This document shows positions 46,030-53,606 of a stretch of 64,000 bases of DNA, in pieces. Where the stretch lies: NCBI GenBank assembly GCA_035546575.1, contig DASZWN010000002.1, forward strand, positions 32,681 through 96,680, written 5' to 3'. Within the stretch, counting starts at the first letter, position 1. Every line of letters starts with the position of its first letter. The notes beneath the pieces were generated by a model. That model was not told the origin of the DNA and did no database searches. It saw only the letters and a list, made by a program, of their open reading frames with translations. This DNA comes from Minisyncoccota bacterium (lineage in GTDB: Bacteria > Patescibacteriota > Minisyncoccia > Phycocordibacterales > SBAW01). The position numbers were made by a program, and so were the translations under genes.

Positions 46030-47415
46030 TTATGAGGATATAGCCGCGGGATTTTGCTTCCGTGTTGCGGGAATACGCAAGCCTTCTCGCTCCCAGCGCT
46101 GCCACTTGAGCTTTTTGCCTTGGAGCATGCCGCGCAGCGAGGCCAAGAGCGCACGATACTCGACAACAGTTGTTACGTAGAACAAGAGCCAGCCGATCGG
46201 TGCAAGCAAGTAGAGCGAGGGGCGAGTTGAACGCGGGTCGTCAAAGATCTGTATCGCAAACATCACGCTCACTACGATGATGCCGGAGATAAACGAGGAG
46301 AAGTCGTGCGTCAGGTATGAGTAGATATAGAGGAAGGAGAGGAACAACATTTCGAAGAAAAGCTGTATGTCTCCGAACACTGCAAGCGGCAGCACGCCCC
46401 AGGTTAAGAGCTTATTATGGCGTTTTTTATTGCTAAAGAAGAGTTTGCGGTGCTCAAAGAAGGTCTGGAATCGGCCGCGCTTCCAGCGAAGGCGCTGCTT
46501 CATAAGACCAGTCATCTCAGAGGCGCCTTCGGTATATACAATCGCGTCGGCAGCGTATACGATCTTCATTCCGGCCTCTTGTATACGCACCGATAGGTCG
46601 ATGTCTTCAGTAATATTGGTATTGCTGTATGAGCCAACCTTTTCAAACACCTCGCGGCGGAATGCGCCTGCCGCACCGCCGATAATATAGATGGTGTTAA
46701 AGAGGGAATCCGCCTTTTTAAAGTAGAACGAAAAGAGGAACTCCAGGTTTTGGAGCGTGCCCAAGAGATGCTCAGTGTTGCCGATCTTTACGTTGCCCAC
46801 AGCGGCCATAACGCTCGGCCGCTCAAAATGGCGCACAAAGTTGCCGATGGTCGACGGGAGGAGCGCGCAGTCTGCATCGATCGAAATAATAATTTCTCCT
46901 TTTGATATCTCGATACCCTTATTAAGGGCAATACCTTTGCCGCCGTTCTCCTTGTAGCGGTAGACGATAGGCATTTTGTTTGGATTGTCGGGAATAGCTT
47001 TGTACTCTTCTAAAAACGCACGAAAGATTGCGTCCGAGTTATCGGTAGAACCATCGTTAATAACGACAATTTCTACATTGCGGTACGTGCTGCGCAAAAT
47101 ACTTTTTACGGTGCTGAGCAGACCCACCTCCTCGTTCCATGCGGGGATTATCACCGATACGCTCGGGGCATATGCGCGTTTTGGCTTGTATACGCGGAAG
47201 TATCTGTCGAGTACGTCATACCACGGACTTATTGCCATATACAGGGAGTACTTGGTTAAGAGCACAGTCGCAAAAAACACGATCGCAATCCTAAGGAGCG
47301 GGAAGTCGTTGCGCTCATTCGGACCCCAAACGAACAGGGAGGTGATTAGTGTCGCCGTAAAACAGTACAACGCAACATACACAAGTATTTTATAGTGTCG
47401 TGTAAAGGATTTCAT
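46030..47415 (-). CDS. Processive family-2 glycosyltransferase (PgaC/IcaA/cellulose-synthase-like), integral membrane
   Basis: VSVIIPAWNEE, DADCAL (DxD), QRLRWKRG (QxxRW), plus multiple TM segments. Confidence 0.85.
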   Translation of the reverse strand: MKSFTRHYKILVYVALYCFTATLITSLFVWGPNERNDFPLLRIAIVFFATVLLTKYSLYMAISPWYDVLDRYFRVYKPKRAYAPSVSVIIPAWNEEVGLLSTVKSILRSTYRNVEIVVINDGSTDNSDAIFRAFLEEYKAIPDNPNKMPIVYRYKENGGKGIALNKGIEISKGEIIISIDADCALLPSTIGNFVRHFERPSVMAAVGNVKIGNTEHLLGTLQNLEFLFSFYFKKADSLFNTIYIIGGAAGAFRREVFEKVGSYSNTNITEDIDLSVRIQEAGMKIVYAADAIVYTEGASEMTGLMKQRLRWKRGRFQTFFEHRKLFFSNKKRHNKLLTWGVLPLAVFGDIQLFFEMLFLSFLYIYSYLTHDFSSFISGIIVVSVMFAIQIFDDPRSTRPSLYLLAPIGWLLFYVTTVVEYRALLASLRGMLQGKKLKWQRWEREGLRIPATRKQNPAAISS

Positions 47416-47420
47416 AAGAT

Positions 47421-47684
47421 TCAGGCTTCGATAAAGGCGGTAGTAATTTTTGCCAATACGTTTGAGAGCAGAATGATCATGATAAACACGAGCACAAACC
47501 GGTACGCTGTGTGGTCAAACACCTCAAGGCCCCATGCGGTGCTTATGGCGGCGGCTATGATGCTTAGTGCGGCCATACAGACGTAGAACAGTCTCGAGAA
47601 TATTTTCCGTACAGCAATAATAAAGAATGCGTGCATACAAAAGTTGAGACGCTGTCGCGATGGGCTGCTTACGAGCGCATTCAT
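47421..47684 (-). CDS. Small membrane protein upstream of the GT2 gene
   Basis: Two predicted TM helices. It ends 6 bp before the GT2 start, so probably co-transcribed. Confidence 0.35.
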   Translation of the reverse strand: MNALVSSPSRQRLNFCMHAFFIIAVRKIFSRLFYVCMAALSIIAAAISTAWGLEVFDHTAYRFVLVFIMIILLSNVLAKITTAFIEA

Positions 47685-47699
47685 CTTTACTTCAGACGC

Positions 47700-47741
47700 G
47701 CCGAGGGGGTCGATTCCTAGACAGGAATCGACCCCCTCGGC
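47700..47741. terminator. Strong hairpin with a 19-bp perfect stem between the HK gene end and the GT2 operon
   Basis: GCCGAGGGGGTCGATTCCT-agaca-GGAATCGACCCCCTCGGC; no clear U-tract. Confidence 0.4.
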
Positions 47742-47880
47742 TTACATCTGTAATTCTTTCATAAGCCCTGGCTTTTACGATTAGATTTAGATATGCGCCT
47801 ATGAGAGACGCACAACTCAATACACTACAGAGAACCTCTGCCCCGCATCATACGCCTATGCGCGTGAACGAAGTATGAAA

Positions 47881-49068
47881 TTATACACTCGTATTTTTGA
47901 ACGTTTGTGCCTGGGGTTTGGTGCTCGATACATCGCTGAAGCTGCTCGAAAAGTCTACAGAAAACTCGCTTTGACCGGGTTCTGTTATTTGAGCACGAGG
48001 CTCTTCTTCGGTAATGCCAACCGGCAGGAATACTGAAATGGTAGTGCCTTGGTTGCGCGCACTCTGTATGTGTATCTTGCCATGATGCGCGCGTACTATC
48101 TCGTTAACAATAGTGAGTCCCAGGCCGCTGCCGCTATGGCGTATGTCGCGCATACGCGAGGTATCTGCGCGATAAAACGGCTCAAATACGTGCACCAAGT
48201 CTTTTTGCGAAATGCCGATGCCGTTGTCTGCAACCGAAAATATGACCGAGCCGCGATAATTTGGTTGTATAGATATAGTCACTACGCCGGTGCCTTTTTG
48301 AGTGTAGTTGATAGCGTTTTTAACCAAGTTGCTCACCACCTGCTCAAGCGCGGTAGCGTTGCCGCGTACGACGCCGTAGAGGTCTTTTTGTACCTCTATC
48401 GCTACCTCGCGCTCGTCTGCAAGAGTGCTGAGGCGCTTTACTACGCTGTCAACCAAGGGGCCCATCTCAACCGGGCTCAGCTGTATGCGCTCGGGGCGCA
48501 TAAGCGAGTTGAACGAAAGCAAGTTATTGATGATCTCGGAAATACGGTCGAGCTCCCCGACTATCTCATCGAGTGTATCGCGCATGGGTTGCGCTATCTG
48601 CTCGTCTAAAAGCGCCACCTCGGTCGAGGTCTTAATGACGGAAAGGGGAGTCCGCAGTTCGTGCGCCACGTTGCTGATAAATATTTTTTGATAGTGGAGC
48701 GCATTGCGCGTAGGCCAGAGCATAAAACGCGCAAACAAAAAACCGAATATGCCGGCCACGCATACAAGCCCCAAAAATACATACCACACGCTTGCGATTT
48801 GTATCGAGTGGATAGAGAGAGTGAGCGGTTCGGGCGTGCTTACTCCGCTGACTATGGCGCGGATATTGCCGACAATCGCGCGAACGACCGCCTCGTTTGT
48901 GTAGTGGAGCACGAACCAGAAGAGTCCTACGCACACCACTACAAGCGCGGCAAACAGCACCACGATGCTAATAGTGGCTCGCAGAAATACGTCAGCTTCG
49001 TACCTCTCCCGCCAAACGGTAGCCCACTCCGCGAACTGTTTCAAATAATTGTTCAGAGTCATCATCAT
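47881..49068 (-). CDS. Sensor histidine kinase (HisKA plus HATPase_c)
   Basis: Two N-terminal TM segments, H-box FISNVAHELRTPL, N/G boxes. Confidence 0.85.
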   Translation of the reverse strand: MMMTLNNYLKQFAEWATVWRERYEADVFLRATISIVVLFAALVVVCVGLFWFVLHYTNEAVVRAIVGNIRAIVSGVSTPEPLTLSIHSIQIASVWYVFLGLVCVAGIFGFLFARFMLWPTRNALHYQKIFISNVAHELRTPLSVIKTSTEVALLDEQIAQPMRDTLDEIVGELDRISEIINNLLSFNSLMRPERIQLSPVEMGPLVDSVVKRLSTLADEREVAIEVQKDLYGVVRGNATALEQVVSNLVKNAINYTQKGTGVVTISIQPNYRGSVIFSVADNGIGISQKDLVHVFEPFYRADTSRMRDIRHSGSGLGLTIVNEIVRAHHGKIHIQSARNQGTTISVFLPVGITEEEPRAQITEPGQSEFSVDFSSSFSDVSSTKPQAQTFKNTSV

Positions 49069-49681
49069 TGTTGAGTTTTTTGCGGAGATTCTTCATGTGT
49101 ACATCTAATACGTTACTCCATGAAAGCGCATTGAAGTCCCATACGTGGTCAAAAAGCTTTTCGCGCGTAAGCACGACACCCGGCTCGCGCATAAAGCACT
49201 CAAGGAGCGAGAACTCTTTGAGCGTGAGCGGTATCTCTTTGCCCTCGCGGCGCACCACGCGCGCTGCCGTGTCCATCTCGAGCGGGCCGACACGCAGTAT
49301 TGCGGCCTGTACTGCCGCTGGGCGACGCAAGACAGAATTAATGCGGGCGAGCAGCTCCTCAAACGAGAACGGCTTTACGATATAGTCGTCGGCGCCTTTG
49401 TTAAGAAGATCGATTTTGTGCTCGGTCTCGTTGCGTGCGGTCAGGATAATAATCGGTGTAGTGACCCCGGCTTTGCGCACATCTTCGGTAATAGTGGCAC
49501 CGTCGAGGCCGGGGAGCATAAGGTCGAGCAATATAAGATCATACTCGTTTTTGTAGAGCATGATGCGCGTACGCGCTTTTTCAGGGTCGGGGAGCCAGTC
49601 TACGGCAAAGCCTTTTAGCATCAGCCCCTTCTTGAGCGCCTTCGCGAGCTTCTCTTCGTCTTCGACTATAAGTAGGTGCAT
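48992..49681 (-). CDS. OmpR-family response regulator
   Basis: Receiver domain (LLIVEDEE...DLILLDLMLPGLDG...KPF) and winged-helix output (TVRGVGYRL). Its 3' end overlaps the HK start by about 77 nt. Confidence 0.9.
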   Translation of the reverse strand: MHLLIVEDEEKLAKALKKGLMLKGFAVDWLPDPEKARTRIMLYKNEYDLILLDLMLPGLDGATITEDVRKAGVTTPIIILTARNETEHKIDLLNKGADDYIVKPFSFEELLARINSVLRRPAAVQAAILRVGPLEMDTAARVVRREGKEIPLTLKEFSLLECFMREPGVVLTREKLFDHVWDFNALSWSNVLDVHMKNLRKKLNNDDDSEQLFETVRGVGYRLAGEVRS

Positions 49682-49854
49682 AGTGTATGTTGCTAATCCT
49701 CTAAATTAGGTCCTCAACCCTCAAGGTATAAGACGATTTTATACTCCCACATCTTACATGAAGATTTTAGGAAGTTCCTTCATGTTTAAAATATGTTGCA
49801 AAATAAGGCTACATACCGATCGTTCTCTTGTATCTAAACTGCTATACTGTATCT

Positions 49855-50988
49855 ATGCGTCTCGGGTTTATATTCGCGCTTGTGCTCATGTGTGCGACTT
49901 CTCTTCTTGCGCCGCTTGCGGCTTATGCGCAAGCAGAAGCAGTTCCCGAGACCGTAACGATCGAAAAAGCAAAAGTTTTGGAGGCTACTAATCAGCACAC
50001 CGTGATTGTGCCGGGTACTGACACGCCGTCCACCGTGCAGACTCTCAAGGCGCAGATACTTGAGGGCAACGAGAAAGGTGCTGTTGTTACATTTGATAAC
50101 GACTATACGCAGCTTAAGACGGGAGACCTCTTTTATATCCGCCATCTCATAGGCAATGATGTAGACGGCAGAGACTACTACACTGTTTCCGACGCGTACC
50201 GGCTCAATGTCCTTCTTGGATTGCTGATTGTTTTTCTCGCTCTATTATTTTTTTTCGGAGGTATACAGGGAATACGAGGTCTGGTGAGTTTGCTGGGCAG
50301 CTTCGTCCTTATTCTTTTTGTACTCCTTCCTGGGATACTGCAGGGTTATTCGCCAATTCTGATGAGCATCGGGGTAGCATCGCTCATCATTGTCATAGGA
50401 TCGTATATCACCCACGGATTCAATAAAACAACTACGGCCGCGGTTTTAGGAATGATTGCAACCGTACTAATCACCGGTCTCGGAGCATACTACGTAATCC
50501 ATATAGGAAATTTAAGCGGATTTACGACGGAGGAAAACGTCTACCTTAATTTTAATACCCAAGGCAGCATCAGCATGATAGGACTTTTGTTTGGGGGCAT
50601 CATGATCGGGCTTCTGGGAGTGCTCTACGATATTGCTATCGGACAAGCCGTAACGGTTGAAGAGCTGTTCGCTGCGGGCAAACATATGACCCGCATCGAG
50701 ATCTATAAGCGGGCGATCCGCATCGGTCGGGAGCATATTGGCGCTTTGGTGAATACGCTGGCTATTGCCTACGTTGGAGTTGCACTCCCGCTGCTTCTGC
50801 TTGTGCAGCAGACGTATACAACGCACAACTGGGGCACTATTCTCAATAGCGAGATGTTTGCTACCGAGGCTATTCGTATTTTAATCGGCAGCATCGGTCT
50901 TATTCTTGCGGTGCCCATCACCACATCGATCGCTTCGTACATGCTTTCAGAAAGAGCCGAGCAGGGAAGCCCGATACATCATCATTAG
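49855..50988 (+). CDS. YibE/F-family integral membrane protein
   Basis: Signal peptide, soluble N-terminal domain, then a polytopic YibE/F-like TM core. The start was moved to ATG 49855. Confidence 0.65.
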   Translation: MRLGFIFALVLMCATSLLAPLAAYAQAEAVPETVTIEKAKVLEATNQHTVIVPGTDTPSTVQTLKAQILEGNEKGAVVTFDNDYTQLKTGDLFYIRHLIGNDVDGRDYYTVSDAYRLNVLLGLLIVFLALLFFFGGIQGIRGLVSLLGSFVLILFVLLPGILQGYSPILMSIGVASLIIVIGSYITHGFNKTTTAAVLGMIATVLITGLGAYYVIHIGNLSGFTTEENVYLNFNTQGSISMIGLLFGGIMIGLLGVLYDIAIGQAVTVEELFAAGKHMTRIEIYKRAIRIGREHIGALVNTLAIAYVGVALPLLLLVQQTYTTHNWGTILNSEMFATEAIRILIGSIGLILAVPITTSIASYMLSERAEQGSPIHHH

Positions 50989-51413
50989 GCGTTAGCCGCA
51001 CACGTCTTGCAGATGCCAAAAAACTCCATCGAGTGATCTACAACCGTATCAAATTTCTTAGACTTTTTTGCTACTTGTTTTACAAACGCCTCGGTATTGC
51101 AATTAGTGTCCTCAACAAGGCCGCAATTGGTGCAGACAATATGATGGTGATGTTGGCGGTATACCTGGAGCTCGTAGTGCGCGTGTCCGTGGCGAAAGTC
51201 AACCTCGCGCACTACGCCGGAAGCGACCATAGACTCGAGTGCACGATAAAGCGTTACCTTATCTAGCGCGCTTTTGAGCTTTTTCTCGAGATAGGAGACC
51301 GTGACCGGCTTAGCTTCGCCGAACAGGGTACTGAGCAGCAACACGCGCCCGGGCGTGGCTTTGTAGCCGCCTTCGCGGAGGATTCCCTTGAAATCGGGTG
51401 TATGCATACTCAT
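50985..51413 (-). CDS. Fur-family metalloregulator (Fur/Zur/PerR)
   Basis: HHHHIVCTNCG...CKTCAAN (CxxC pairs and a His-rich metal site). Confidence 0.85.
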   Translation of the reverse strand: MSMHTPDFKGILREGGYKATPGRVLLLSTLFGEAKPVTVSYLEKKLKSALDKVTLYRALESMVASGVVREVDFRHGHAHYELQVYRQHHHHIVCTNCGLVEDTNCNTEAFVKQVAKKSKKFDTVVDHSMEFFGICKTCAANA

Positions 51414-51497
51414 AACTACGCCACACTATCACAAACGCAACAAGGTTGCAACTGACAAAGGTTTGCTTTATATTACAGATGCAACTTAATTGCATTT

Positions 51498-52229
51498 ATG
51501 AAAGTAGCCTTTCTGGGAAAGGGGGGCAGCGGCAAATCTACCCTCGCAACACAGTGTATGTGGTATCTCCGAGAGTGGGGAAACTTTGTGCTGGCTATAG
51601 ATGCTGACCATAATATGGATCTTTCGTATAACCTCGGGATTGAGCCGAAAGTATTTCTGGGGAGCGACCCGTACGCTATTAAAACGTTCGTGGGTCTGTC
51701 GGAGAAAGCCGGCTTTGCAGAGGCGCGAGCGTATGCAAAAGAAAAAGGGTTATCTTTCCAGCTCAGCCCGATGGACGACTTTACCAAGCGCATGACTACA
51801 GAAGTGGGCGAGAACCTACTGCTCATGACCGCTGGGCCTCATACCGATATTGTGCGCAGCGGAGAGCACTGCAGCCACTCACTCGCTGCTCCGCTCAAGA
51901 CGTATCTTCCGCTACTCAAGCTCGGGGATACAGAGTCAGTTGTTATAGATGAGCGGGCCGGTACCGACCCCGTGGCGACAGGAATTCTTGCAGGAGTTGA
52001 TCTGGCAATTATCGTTGCCGAGCCGACGGTGCACAGCGTGCGGGTTGCGGGACAGATTGCGCATGAGCTTGATCTTGCGCAAGTGCCGTATGAATTTGTC
52101 GCTAATAAGGTGCGCGAAGATACAAAGATATTCGAAAGTTTACCGAAGCCGCCTACTCTCTACGTAGAGTTTGGAGCAGAAGCGGATTTTAGCGGATTGT
52201 TTAAGGAATTAAAGATGCGCAGTTTGTAA
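51498..52229 (+). CDS. MinD/ParA-superfamily P-loop ATPase (CooC-like)
   Basis: Deviant Walker A GKGGSGKST; divergent from the fur-like gene. Confidence 0.7.
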   Translation: MKVAFLGKGGSGKSTLATQCMWYLREWGNFVLAIDADHNMDLSYNLGIEPKVFLGSDPYAIKTFVGLSEKAGFAEARAYAKEKGLSFQLSPMDDFTKRMTTEVGENLLLMTAGPHTDIVRSGEHCSHSLAAPLKTYLPLLKLGDTESVVIDERAGTDPVATGILAGVDLAIIVAEPTVHSVRVAGQIAHELDLAQVPYEFVANKVREDTKIFESLPKPPTLYVEFGAEADFSGLFKELKMRSL

Positions 52230-52304
52230 GCGGCGTGCGCCCCGGAAAATATGACCGGGCGCACGCCCGCAGCAAGCCGGCGTAAGTTCTTTGAGGAGAA
52301 AATC

Positions 52305-52724
52305 ATGTCCTTTCCGTCAGTGGAGCGCGAGCTCCAGAACCGTGGTCTTGCGTCGGCAGCTCTCACCGCCGCCGATATTCAGGCGGCGCGCGAAGCCTTG
52401 CTCGCCGCAGTCAGGACCGACTGCCCAGAGGCAGTGGAGTATCTGCACGGTCTCGCCCACAAGGCGAAAAAGGATCCCGATGGAATCTTGTGGACCGAGA
52501 ATCCCAATTCCGTGCTCGGCAAGCAGCTCATCCGGATCCACGCTTCCACCCCGGTGCGCCGGTTGGTGGAAGAGCACATCTGCCACGGTATGGAACTGAC
52601 GTTCTATAACTGCTGCGGCGGCAAGGTGGCTCAGCCCAAGCCCAAGGACGAGCGGGATCGTGATGCGGAAATTCTCATGCAGATCCAGATGCAAGCCGGG
52701 CCTGTTGCCTACGCCGACTGCTGA
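52305..52724 (+). CDS. Hypothetical protein
   Basis: GAGGAG SD 6 nt upstream of ATG 52305. A hairpin at 52234-52266 precedes it and a terminator at 52744-52768 follows it. Confidence 0.45.
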   Translation: MSFPSVERELQNRGLASAALTAADIQAAREALLAAVRTDCPEAVEYLHGLAHKAKKDPDGILWTENPNSVLGKQLIRIHASTPVRRLVEEHICHGMELTFYNCCGGKVAQPKPKDERDRDAEILMQIQMQAGPVAYADC

Positions 52725-52743
52725 AAGTCCTCCCCGGAGGCAG

Positions 52744-52768
52744 CCCCGCGTTTTCGCGGGGTTTTTTC
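52744..52768. terminator. Intrinsic terminator
   Basis: CCCCGCGttttCGCGGGGTTTTTTC. Confidence 0.6.
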
Positions 52769-52789
52769 TTATAAAGAACGACCATCCTG

Positions 52790-53476
52790 TTACAGATGGT
52801 CGTGAAGTAGGGCATGGAATTGCGTGAGCCGCTTAAAGGTGCGGATCTCATACTCGCCGGGCTTGCCGTCTACTGGCGGCTTTGCCGTGACAATTATTGT
52901 GTCGGGCCGAATGACCGGTTTATCATCCATAAACATCCGGCATTCCTCACAAGGGTGAAGCGTCTTGGTAATGCCGACGTCTTCCTCGCGGAGTTCACCG
53001 ACAATCACCATGCCTATCACCCAGGAACACCCCGATGCGTAGGCTCCTGAGATAGCTATCGGTTCGGCGCAGACGGGACGAGCATTCCGGGAGACCTTAG
53101 TGTTCATGCCAAGATGCACCTCCCAAGATTCCCTGTGGGGTTGGCCCGGTTTGAATGCAAGCAACGCGCATCCTACATCGAACCCTCGGTACGAGCTCGC
53201 AAGAGTCCGCGCTCTGACTGCCTGCCAATAAAGATACTCGATCGACTGGCGGAAGCGCTGACGCTGTTCCCATGCGGGTATGCGGCGGGCTTTGTACTGA
53301 GGGAAGTCTATGGCCGTCACGGTCATCTTGGGGTTGCCGTAGGCATCCAGCTGACTGTGGTCGTATTCAATTGCTTGTTCTTCGAGCCAGGGCGTTGAGG
53401 AATTCTTTATCCTCCCGCTACTCTTGTTCTTTTCCCAGATGCTGCGCATCAGGGATCTTTGCTTGTCTTCAGACAT
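52790..53476 (-). CDS. Cytidine-deaminase-fold (CDA) zinc deaminase-like protein with an N-terminal extension of about 100 aa
   Basis: VCAEPIAI...PCEECR (C-A-E / PCxxC three-Cys zinc motif, as in tetrameric CDA and blasticidin-S deaminase); 228 aa. Confidence 0.5.
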   Translation of the reverse strand: MSEDKQRSLMRSIWEKNKSSGRIKNSSTPWLEEQAIEYDHSQLDAYGNPKMTVTAIDFPQYKARRIPAWEQRQRFRQSIEYLYWQAVRARTLASSYRGFDVGCALLAFKPGQPHRESWEVHLGMNTKVSRNARPVCAEPIAISGAYASGCSWVIGMVIVGELREEDVGITKTLHPCEECRMFMDDKPVIRPDTIIVTAKPPVDGKPGEYEIRTFKRLTQFHALLHDHL

Positions 53477-53560
53477 GCCGTGCTCCCTGATTGAGCGTTT
53501 ATTTCCGGAAATATTTATACACTACTTTTTCAATTTTGTCACTCTCCATTAGCTGTAAAG

Positions 53561-53590
53561 AAAACGGCGGCTCAATGAGCCGCCGTTTTC
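53561..53590. terminator. Intrinsic terminator after the 860-aa deacetylase gene
   Basis: AAAACGGCGGCTCAATGAGCCGCCGTTTTC. Confidence 0.6.
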
Positions 53591-53606
53591 TTTTTATTTG
53601 CTCCGC

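Noticed and set aside
48992-49068. 77-nt overlap between response regulator and histidine kinase ORFs, a possible frameshift or pseudogene.
   Set aside because: Both ORFs are intact with complete domains. The overlap is out of frame and is likely true translational coupling or a slightly later HK start.
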